From Candidatus Saccharimonadota bacterium (GTDB taxonomy: Archaea; Nanobdellota; Nanobdellia; Pacearchaeales; GW2011-AR1), in contig BPGA01000001.1 in NCBI GenBank assembly GCA_026002795.1, positions 60,001 through 92,000 of the forward strand: a stretch of 32,000 nt of DNA. The letters are read 5' to 3'. The notes below the pieces were generated by a model, which was given only the letters and a program-made list of their open reading frames with translations, did not search any database and was not told the origin of the DNA. How positions within the stretch are numbered: the first letter of the stretch is position 1; each line of letters begins with the position of its first letter. A program made the position numbers and the translations under genes. Shown here in pieces: positions 19,379 through 26,619 of the stretch.

Positions 19379-20749
19379 TTAAGTAATTTGCAGATCCAAG
19401 CAAGCTCTATAGGTCCTGTATTTTTGTGTTGACTCGCAAGATGCTTGATTATTAATTGATCCACAGTTAGCTCCTGTGTCAATTACAAGAGAATCTCCAG
19501 TAAATTCTCCTGGATCACAGTTAGGAACAGAATATCCTGGATCATAACAAATAGAAAGTCCAGTATCCCATAAACAATAATTTTGTAAGTTTTGCTTAAC
19601 TTCTAAGTTAATTGTTGCTCTTTTGTTGTCTGTTCCGAATGTTCCACTTCTTATGTTGTTTCCTGATATGATTGCGTTACCAGCTACCTCAAGTTTTTCT
19701 CCAGGATTCGTCGTGCCGATGCCGACGTAGCCGGTAGTCTTAATTACAAATTCTGGAGAGGTAAAACTGGAGTCTGTTGTTTTTCCTGTTCCAATAGCAA
19801 AGTCGCTGGTGCTATATACTGTACCAATTGACCAAGGGTAGTTTCCTGATCTAATTAGATTTATATATTGGCCGCTAGCTGCTGGTTTGGTTATTACAAG
19901 GTCACCATTATAACCATTGTCTGGACTAGAACTACTTGAAATAGTTACGCGTCCTCGAACATCCAACTTCTGGCTTGGCCCCGTCGTGCCTATGCCGACG
20001 TTGCCCATTATATATGAATTTCCTGTTCCGTCTATTTGCAGAACGCTAGAGGTTTTTACAACGTTAGCAGTGTCAAGCAACCTTGCCCAGCCCCCCCAGG
20101 AACCAGTAGTTTGACTATATCTGTGCCAAATATTTCCACTTGAACCAAATGCTAATTGATGAACTCCCCCACCACTCCAGTCTGTTCCAGAACTCCATTG
20201 TCTATAAGTTAGAAGCCCGCTGTAAGTTCCTTCACCAGAAAGTCCAATCACACTATTATATTTAAACTCAGGTACCACCCCCATATAATACTGCTCCGGA
20301 TTATAGTTATTGTTTCTTGTATCAGAACTTCCAAGCACTCCCATTAATACATTTCCTGTTAAAGGAGGCGAACCTACTCTTAAATTCCCGCCTTGTACAT
20401 CCAACTTTGCTCCCGGCCCCGTCGTCCCGATGCCGACGTTGCCGCTAACAAATAAATTTTGTCCACATGTATCGCAACCTATACGTACTCTACCAGAAGA
20501 TGCTCCGAGTACTAAATCATTACTAGCGCCCCCCGAATTAGTTTCTGCATAAAGACCTACATAGTTCCATGCAGTTCCGATTCTTAATCTACCTCTGCCG
20601 CTACCTACATCCTCATTTCCTTGAACGTGCATATTGTTTTCAACCCAGACATCAGTAGCATATATATTTGCACCAGCACCATTTACAGCAAGTTTTACTT
20701 GTGGATTCGTCGTCCCGATGCCGACGTTGCCGGCTTCTCGAATAACCAT
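19379..20749 (-). CDS. 3'-terminal segment of fibre gene B: GNVGIGTT-repeat protein with a Cys-rich C-terminal domain
   Basis: 456-aa ORF with four anchor motifs (19710, 19983, 20421, 20709) spaced in multiples of 3. The C-terminal ~70 aa carry 8 Cys. The annotated Met is internal: the same frame continues upstream through two TGA stops. Confidence 0.7.
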   Translation of the reverse strand: MVIREAGNVGIGTTNPQVKLAVNGAGANIYATDVWVENNMHVQGNEDVGSGRGRLRIGTAWNYVGLYAETNSGGASNDLVLGASSGRVRIGCDTCGQNLFVSGNVGIGTTGPGAKLDVQGGNLRVGSPPLTGNVLMGVLGSSDTRNNNYNPEQYYMGVVPEFKYNSVIGLSGEGTYSGLLTYRQWSSGTDWSGGGVHQLAFGSSGNIWHRYSQTTGSWGGWARLLDTANVVKTSSVLQIDGTGNSYIMGNVGIGTTGPSQKLDVRGRVTISSSSSPDNGYNGDLVITKPAASGQYINLIRSGNYPWSIGTVYSTSDFAIGTGKTTDSSFTSPEFVIKTTGYVGIGTTNPGEKLEVAGNAIISGNNIRSGTFGTDNKRATINLEVKQNLQNYCLWDTGLSICYDPGYSVPNCDPGEFTGDSLVIDTGANCGSINNQASCESTQKYRTYRACLDLQIT

Positions 20750-21132
20750 TGCCGGAGATGTATAACCTCATGTTGGTCCATTATTTACCCTGAACATGTT
20801 ACCGCCATTATCGCCTAAAGCTGATTTGTGGTTGCGTCATGACACATATCCGAAATTGTCAGTATCTGCAGAAAAACTGAAAGCAGGAGCAGCAGCTGTT
20901 CCATTAGCAGCCTGAATTACTCTTCCAGATGTTATTACTGTAGTACCTCCTATTTGTAAATTACCTGAGACTAAATTTAATGAATCACCACTTGCTAAAT
21001 CTAATGCTATTTGCAGCTCCTCTAAACAACTGGTACATCTGGATTAAAGTAAAGATTAGCTGTTGTATTTATTGAACCAATAACATCTAATGTTTGTTGT
21101 GGTGTTGTCGTCCCAATCCGACGTTGCCAGAG
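20750..21132 (-). pseudogene. disrupted fibre-gene segment linking ORF 21133..23682 to ORF 19379..20749
   Basis: Homologous to intact sequence at 29875..30123, but with +1 insertions near 21006 and 21034. There is a 1-nt deletion inside the anchor at 21107..21128. In-frame TGA stops lie at 20837..20839 and 20768..20770. Confidence 0.7.
20856..21106 (-). repeat. module R1, copy a
   Basis: Near-identical to 29875..30123 apart from point differences and two +1 insertions. Encodes ...TPQQTLDV.GSINTTANLYFNPDVQLFRGAANRLDLASGDSLNLVSGNLQIGGTTVITSGR... Confidence 0.85.
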
Positions 21133-21342
21133 TTATCTAATACCAACACATTGCCCAACCCACTCGACCAGTAACAATAAGTCACCTCCTGTTCCTGCTC
21201 CATGAAGTGTCTCATTAGCAGAAATGATGTCCCAAGCCCTATCACCGCTTCTCTCTATTCTCAGTCTACCGGCATTTCCATTTGAGTCGCCGAAGAGGTG
21301 GAATTGTACTCCTGGATTCGTCGTCCCGATGCCGACGTTGCC
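21129..21342 (-). repeat. module R4, copy a (214 bp)
   Basis: Identical to 31328..31540 except for one extra t at 21172. Similarity stops exactly at the outer ends of the anchors. Confidence 0.9.
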
Positions 21343-23682
21343 GTTTTCGTCGACAGCGACTGCTAAAAGATTTCCTTGTGTATTAGTTAGCGCATTCTTT
21401 AAAGTTCCTGTAGCAACAAAAGATCCATCAATTAAAAATCCTCTAATTTCACAGTGGGGTTGGTTTGCTGTATCATCAAGCAAACATTCAACTGCTTTGT
21501 CTAAAGTTTCTGTGTTGTTTGCTCCTTCAAATATTGCTGCATATGGTCTTCTTGAACCGCTATTAGGTGATAATTGTGCTTTGTATAATCCAAGTCTTCC
21601 AAATGCAGAATCTAAATTAGTAGTAACTGCGCTCTCCCATGCGTCATAAGATGTTAAAATTCCAATTTGGTCTTTTCTTAGGTTGTTTAATGCTGTTGCT
21701 AAATTATCTGACTGTGTGGAGTTTCCATAAGTATCATAAGTGTTGTCGGATACTATAGTGTGGTTTGCTTTCCATATAATCGTTAACCTAAGACCTCTTC
21801 CAGAAGTGTCATAAACTGTTGTATTGCCTATCTTTAAAACTCTGTTTGCATTATTGTTTAATCCAGTACCTCTTATATAAATTGGAACTATTTTCGATAT
21901 AACATTTGTTCCTAGTGAATTAATTTCACATGTTCCATCAGCATTACAAGCTAATGCATTGCTTGCTGTTCCGCTTAATGTTCCATAAATAGTTCCAGTA
22001 GCTCTAATATCTCCAGCAACATCCAATTTATAAGCCGGACTTGCTGTCCCGATGCCGACGTTGCCGCTAGTTATTCTCATTCTTTCAACATTGTTTGTGT
22101 ATATAGCCAAATTACCATCAGATATCCACTGAAGTCCTGTATCGCTATCTCCAACGGCAAGAGATATTACTGGCGAACCACCCAAACCACTTCCACCTCT
22201 TACAAAGAGATTATTGTTGATATTAACATTTCCAGCAACTTGCAATTTTTCAGAAGGTGCTGTCGTCCCGATGCCGACGTTGCCATTCCAATTTTTTATA
22301 TAAATTGTTCCGTATTCGTTGTCATCTGGTGAGACTTCACGTATCTCAGGATAAGCAAACTGTACTTTATCACCTGCAACACCTGAGTAACAATAACCAA
22401 AACGAATGATCGCGTAAGCTGCATTACTTGGCATCCTCCAATCAGTTCCTATGGTTTTACTGGATTGAACATCCGAAATCCCATCCGCATTCGCATCAGT
22501 CACATATGAAGGATCAAGAAATCCATTCACTTTTCTCCAATCGCTTGAAGTAGTGGTAGTAGCCCAGAAATAAGGATTGTCCCAGGCTCCTGTAATGCGA
22601 TTATTGTTACTATCATAAACATAAAATCCAAGATACTTATAGCCAGATGTTCCAACTGTTTGCCTCATCCAAACACTGAATTCATATTTTTTATTTGGGT
22701 CTATTTTTACTCTTTTTTGATAATACGCCCATTGATAACAGCTTCCTGAATTTCCATTAGAGGTGCTTTCAAGAGCTTTAATCTGGGAACCATCAGTAAA
22801 AGTTGTTGTGACAGTAGTGACACTACCCCATGCATCAGAATCTCCCAAGTTAGTAGATGATTCTAGGAGGTTTGCACCGGCAATATTTTTAGCAGCTACA
22901 CCTCCAGCAATTTCAAGTTTGACATTTGGCGCTGTCGTCCCGATGCCGACGTTGCCGAGGCTTGTTATTACCATTCTATCGTTCCAACCATCAGTCCCCC
23001 TTGTCGTAAAGTACAAATCACCATAAGAATTTACGTGGTCTGTAATTTTGCCAGAAACATAACCTATAATTCCATTTGCCCCAGCAAAAGCAAGGGATGC
23101 GAAATTTCCAGCTGTACTATTAGTGTTTCTTAATTCAAGCGAGTTGCCGGTGCCTCCTGTGCCAGTTGATGTTTGCGGATTGATTATTACCAAACCTCTT
23201 GCAGAAGCACCACCGGTAGATATACTTGCTGCATAGCCTCCAGTATTTCCAGCTACTACCGTTAGCTTTTCTCCCGGCGCCGTCGTCCCGATGCCGACGT
23301 TGCCTGTTGTTGTCAAAACTAACCCTGTGCCGGTTTGCGGATTTAATCTGAAATTACCTGTATCGTCGACTCCGGTCCAAAATTGACGCGATGTAGAATC
23401 ATACCACTCAATATAATTCCACTTGCTTGTTGGAGAATCTGTCTGTCGCAATCTCAGTATGTTATCCGCTGTGGAAGATATTTCCAGCGGCGATCCGGGT
23501 CCCGTCGTCCCGATGCCGACGTTGCCGCCAAGATAGATATTTGTAGTCCCACCAGGGATTGCTATGAGATCAACACCATTTCTGTTTGTTATATCAACAT
23601 CGTAAGTCGTACCGTTACCAGCAATCACAAGACCAGAACCAGAATTGTAATACATCACTCCTCCACTAAAAGCCCCGGCCAA
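21133..23682 (-). CDS. fibre gene B central segment: GNVGIGTT-repeat protein with CBM-like and ILEI/GG-lectin-like inserts
   Basis: 849-aa ORF with 6 anchors in frame (21320, 22043, 22262, 22934, 23282, 23504). The apparent TTG start is internal. The C-terminus is cut by a +1 insertion (extra t at 21172 relative to the copy at 31328..31540). Confidence 0.75.
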   Translation of the reverse strand: MAGAFSGGVMYYNSGSGLVIAGNGTTYDVDITNRNGVDLIAIPGGTTNIYLGGNVGIGTTGPGSPLEISSTADNILRLRQTDSPTSKWNYIEWYDSTSRQFWTGVDDTGNFRLNPQTGTGLVLTTTGNVGIGTTAPGEKLTVVAGNTGGYAASISTGGASARGLVIINPQTSTGTGGTGNSLELRNTNSTAGNFASLAFAGANGIIGYVSGKITDHVNSYGDLYFTTRGTDGWNDRMVITSLGNVGIGTTAPNVKLEIAGGVAAKNIAGANLLESSTNLGDSDAWGSVTTVTTTFTDGSQIKALESTSNGNSGSCYQWAYYQKRVKIDPNKKYEFSVWMRQTVGTSGYKYLGFYVYDSNNNRITGAWDNPYFWATTTTSSDWRKVNGFLDPSYVTDANADGISDVQSSKTIGTDWRMPSNAAYAIIRFGYCYSGVAGDKVQFAYPEIREVSPDDNEYGTIYIKNWNGNVGIGTTAPSEKLQVAGNVNINNNLFVRGGSGLGGSPVISLAVGDSDTGLQWISDGNLAIYTNNVERMRITSGNVGIGTASPAYKLDVAGDIRATGTIYGTLSGTASNALACNADGTCEINSLGTNVISKIVPIYIRGTGLNNNANRVLKIGNTTVYDTSGRGLRLTIIWKANHTIVSDNTYDTYGNSTQSDNLATALNNLRKDQIGILTSYDAWESAVTTNLDSAFGRLGLYKAQLSPNSGSRRPYAAIFEGANNTETLDKAVECLLDDTANQPHCEIRGFLIDGSFVATGTLKNALTNTQGNLLAVAVDENGNVGIGTTNPGVQFHLFGDSNGNAGRLRIERSGDRAWDIISANETLHGAGTGGDLLLLVEWVGQCVGIR

Positions 23683-24197
23683 CCTTGAGACGATGAAATT
23701 TTTAATCTTCCCGCAACTTCAAGTTTTTCATTCGGACTCGTCGTTCCAATGCCGACGTTGCCTGAAGTATCTATAATCATTCGCGTATTTCCCGTTTGTC
23801 TAAATTCTATCGGTTCATTTGCATTATCTAAAGTTTCAATAATTAATTTAGATAAACCAGTTCCATCTCCTGTTGATTCAAAACGTATACTTCCAGCATC
23901 AGTATTTGCATCCCATCTTAATCCATAATTATTGTCTATATGTATGTTGCCCCCAGAAACATGTAATTTTCCCGCGGGTCCCGTCGTCCCGATGCCGACG
24001 TTGCCAGCGTTAGTAATTTGAAATGCGTTCCATCCTGCGCCACTTGTCCAGAAACCGACATTTGCGCCATTCTGCCCGACAAACATAGTCTTACCATTAT
24101 CTAACCATACACCACCGTCTCCACCAGCGTCACCTGTATGAATACGACCGGAAACTCGTAAATCAACAGTAGTGCCACCCCCGCCAACTACATTCAA
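23655..24197 (-). CDS. fibre gene B fragment (GNVGIGTT repeats)
   Basis: 180-aa ORF with anchors at 23740 and 23983. It overlaps both neighbouring fragments out of frame, which implies frameshifts near 23.68-23.74 kb and inside the anchor at 24214. Confidence 0.65.
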   Translation of the reverse strand: MNVVGGGGTTVDLRVSGRIHTGDAGGDGGVWLDNGKTMFVGQNGANVGFWTSGAGWNAFQITNAGNVGIGTTGPAGKLHVSGGNIHIDNNYGLRWDANTDAGSIRFESTGDGTGLSKLIIETLDNANEPIEFRQTGNTRMIIDTSGNVGIGTTSPNEKLEVAGRLKISSSQGWPGLLVEE

Positions 24198-24774
24198 CTT
24201 TGCTCCAGGTGTCGTCGTGCCGATGCCGACGTCTGCCTGTATTGCTATTCACAAAAAGAGTATTTGTGTCAACTGTGAAATTCTGTCCAACAACAACATT
24301 ATTATTAAATGTCTTATCTCCTGCAAAAATCTGCGTTCCTGTAGAAACAACTCCTGATTGTGTTGAAGAAGCATCTCTTATTGTAACATTACTTGCGCTT
24401 GTAATTCTTCCTTGAGCATCAACTGTGAATCTTCCCACTACAATATCTCCGCCATAAGTTCCTGCTGTTACTCCTGTGTTTGAAAGAGAGAAGGTTACAT
24501 TTCCGCTGCCAACAAGTCTATCTGTCAGTGTTCCTGAAATTGACATGCCTGTTCCTTGGACAATAGATCCTTTAACAAAACCAGCGCTTGTGTTAACTTC
24601 CTGAAGCTGACTTAATGTTACAGCATCTTGTGCAGATGTTCCATTTGCAAGATTAATGATTTTGTTGTTGTCCATGTTTATTGTTCCGTTGAAAACAGCA
24701 GAACCATTTACATGGAGTTTTTGTTGTGGTGTTGTTGTTCCAATGCCGACATAGTTTGTGTTGGTAATTGTCAA
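24163..24774 (-). CDS. fibre gene B fragment carrying tail-fibre-like module R2a
   Basis: 203-aa ORF. VTAGTYGGDIVVGRFTVDAQGRITSASNVTI resembles motifs I recall from phage tail-fibre proteins. It terminates because the anchor at 24214..24237 has a 1-nt insertion (GTCTGCC instead of GTTGCC). Confidence 0.65.
   Translation of the reverse strand: MTITNTNYVGIGTTTPQQKLHVNGSAVFNGTINMDNNKIINLANGTSAQDAVTLSQLQEVNTSAGFVKGSIVQGTGMSISGTLTDRLVGSGNVTFSLSNTGVTAGTYGGDIVVGRFTVDAQGRITSASNVTIRDASSTQSGVVSTGTQIFAGDKTFNNNVVVGQNFTVDTNTLFVNSNTGRRRHRHDDTWSKVECSWRGWHYC
24238..24756 (-). repeat. module R2, copy a (519 bp)
   Basis: Anchor-to-anchor segment. Aligns without indels to 25142..25660, with scattered substitutions and one ~30-nt divergent patch. 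Its last 140 nt (24617..24756) recur at 29659..29798. Confidence 0.9.
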
Positions 24775-25118
24775 GAATCGTTACTCTTGACTTGTTCCTC
24801 CTCGCTGGAGCAATACGACCAATATCAAAGAGATCGTTGATAGAATCAAGCGTCAAAACCCAGGATGGACCATTTATGTCTCGCCTGCGTCGGTACTTGA
24901 TGAGATGCACTAAAACTAGTTTCAAGTTTGCCCCTAAGGCCACATTCTCGTCTTTCCCCAGCTGCAAGCAATATGTCAGTACCGATTCGTCGTTGAAAGC
25001 CGATTAGTAGCCGAGGAGTATTGGAATCTAATTCGTCCGCCATCGTAGCTCCGTTGCACCTGAAGCGGTGGCTCCCCCAATGCACCCGCTTGAATATCGA
25101 GTTTTGCCTGCCGGTGTT
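24757..25118 (-). pseudogene. GC-rich degraded module between the two R2 copies
   Basis: No single long frame. Three overlapping ORFs in different frames (24653..24967, 24768..25007, 24846..25085). Removing one A from the AAAA run just downstream of anchor 25119 gives PAGKLDIQAGALGEPPLQVQRSYDGGRIRFQYSSATNRLSTTNRY*. Confidence 0.55.
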
Positions 25119-25579
25119 GTCGTCCCGATGCCGACTCTATCTGTATTGCTGTTCACAAAAAGCGTATTTGTGTCAACTGTGAAATTCTGTCCAACAACAA
25201 CACTATTATTAAATGTCTTAGCTCCTGCAAAAGTCTGCGTTCCTGTAGAAACAACTCCTGATTGTGTTGCAGAAGCATCTCTTATTGTAACATTACTTGC
25301 GCTTGTAATTCTTCCTTGATTATCAACTGTGAATCTTCCCACTACAATATCTCCGCCATAAGTTCCTGCTGTTACTCCTGTGTTTGAAAGAGAGAAAGTT
25401 ACATTTCCGCTGCCAACAAGTCTATCTGTCAGTGTTCCTGAAATTGACATGCCTGTTCCTTGGACAATAGATCCTTTAACAAAACCAGCGCTTGTGTTAA
25501 CTTCCTGAAGCTGACTTAATGTTACAGCATCCTGAGGGTTTGTTGCATTAGCAAGGTTGATGATTTTGTTATTGTCCAT
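25028..25579 (-). CDS. fibre gene B fragment carrying module R2b
   Basis: 183-aa ORF nearly identical to 24163..24774 over R2. The frame stays open upstream of the annotated Met through the anchor at 25638. Confidence 0.65.
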   Translation of the reverse strand: MDNNKIINLANATNPQDAVTLSQLQEVNTSAGFVKGSIVQGTGMSISGTLTDRLVGSGNVTFSLSNTGVTAGTYGGDIVVGRFTVDNQGRITSASNVTIRDASATQSGVVSTGTQTFAGAKTFNNSVVVGQNFTVDTNTLFVNSNTDRVGIGTTTPAGKTRYSSGCIGGATASGATELRWRTN

Positions 25580-25660
25580 GTTTATTGTTCCGTTGAAAAC
25601 AGCAGAACCATTTACATGGAGTTTTTGTTGTGGTGTTGTTGTTCCAATGCCGACGTTGCC
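25142..25660 (-). repeat. module R2, copy b (519 bp)
   Basis: See R2a. The two copies are separated by the GC-rich segment 24757..25118 plus the anchor at 25119. Confidence 0.9.
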
Positions 25661-25738
25661 GCCTGCATCTATTCTAAACCTTTCACATACCTGCTGTTGA
25701 ACAATGCAAGCTGGTTTGTTGTTGGCAAAAACATTCCG

Positions 25739-25989
25739 TTGTCAGTATCTGCAGAAAAACTGAAAGCAGGAGCAGTCGCTGTCTCCATTAGCAGCCTGAA
25801 TTCATTCTTCCAGATGTTATTACTGTAGTACCTCCTATTTGTAAATTACCTGAAACTAAATTTAATGAATCACCAGTTGCTAAATCTAATCTATTTGCAG
25901 CTCCTCTAAACAACTGTACATCTGGATTAAAGTAAAGATTAGCTGTTGTATTTATTGAACCTACAACATCTAATGTTTGTTGTGGTGTT
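25739..25989 (-). repeat. module R1, copy b
   Basis: Near-identical to 29875..30123 with two +1 insertions. The homology extends over 25521..26012 versus 29659..30146. Confidence 0.85.
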
Positions 25990-26144
25990 GCTGTTCCAAT
26001 GCCGACTCTGCCTGAAGTATCATTAACAAACAAATCATTAGTAACATTAAGACTTAGTCCTCCTGTTCCGCTACCTTGTATTTCAAGTTTTGCACTCGGA
26101 CTCGTCGTCCCGATGCCGACGTTGCCGGAAGTTGTTAATCGCAT
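25788..26144 (-). CDS. fibre gene B fragment (modules R3a + R1b)
   Basis: 118-aa ORF with anchors at 26104 and 25990. It is truncated by +1 insertions in R1b relative to R1c. Confidence 0.6.
   Translation of the reverse strand: MRLTTSGNVGIGTTSPSAKLEIQGSGTGGLSLNVTNDLFVNDTSGRVGIGTATPQQTLDVVGSINTTANLYFNPDVQLFRGAANRLDLATGDSLNLVSGNLQIGGTTVITSGRMNSGC
26013..26126 (-). repeat. module R3, copy a (114 bp)
   Basis: Roughly 90% identical by eye to 31214..31327. Encodes .P.AKLEIQGSGTGGLSLNVTNDLFVNDTSG. Confidence 0.85.
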
Positions 26145-26619
26145 AACCTCTGTTCCAATACTAGTGCTTGAGCCTATAGCAAACCTTAGATCGTAAGGAG
26201 AACCAGTGAAGCCCGCCCTCCAAACACCACTGGCTTCAGATCCTTGCGACCAAGTAAGCCATGCTTGGTCAGCATCTAAAGTTTTGTAATTTTGCTAGCA
26301 ATAGATCTCGAACTACCTGCAGCTTCGCCCCCGGATTCGTCGTCCCGATGCCGACGTTGCCTGATGTTGTCATTCTTATTATCTTCAACTACCGTTTCCA
26401 AATGCTACACTGATTGTTTGACCACATACCTATTAATAACCTGTTCGCAACGTCATTCCCGTCCCTCCTGAGATCCTTGAATATTAGCTATCGATTATAA
26501 GCATATCTGGCTCTCCCATCCGAGTGAAGTTATTATACCAGCCATTAGCAACCACTAAGCATGTCTTGTCTGCTCCAGATCTATAGCAGTGATTCGTTCA
26601 CTTATAATATTCTCAGAGT
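26145..26619 (-). pseudogene. decayed fibre-gene remnant between the LamG gene and fibre gene B
   Basis: Contains a perfect anchor (26339..26361) and coding-like patches (e.g. MTTSGNVGIGTTNPGAKLQVV), but stops in all frames. Confidence 0.55.

Noticed and set aside
20768-20839. UGA recoding (alternative genetic code) to explain in-frame TGA codons
   Set aside because: TGA terminates well-supported genes here (MNT at 28652, HEPN at 28257). Trp is encoded by TGG throughout, and the same region also carries frameshifts. Nonsense mutation in a decaying segment is the simpler explanation.
24238-25660. Diversity-generating retroelement (template/variable repeat pair), since DPANN archaea are known to carry DGRs
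   Set aside because: Differences between R2a and R2b on the coding strand are a mix of T-to-C, T-to-G, A-to-G, A-to-C, C-to-T and a dinucleotide change, not adenine-specific. No reverse transcriptase ORF is in the window, and the repeats are not at a C-terminal C-type-lectin variable region.
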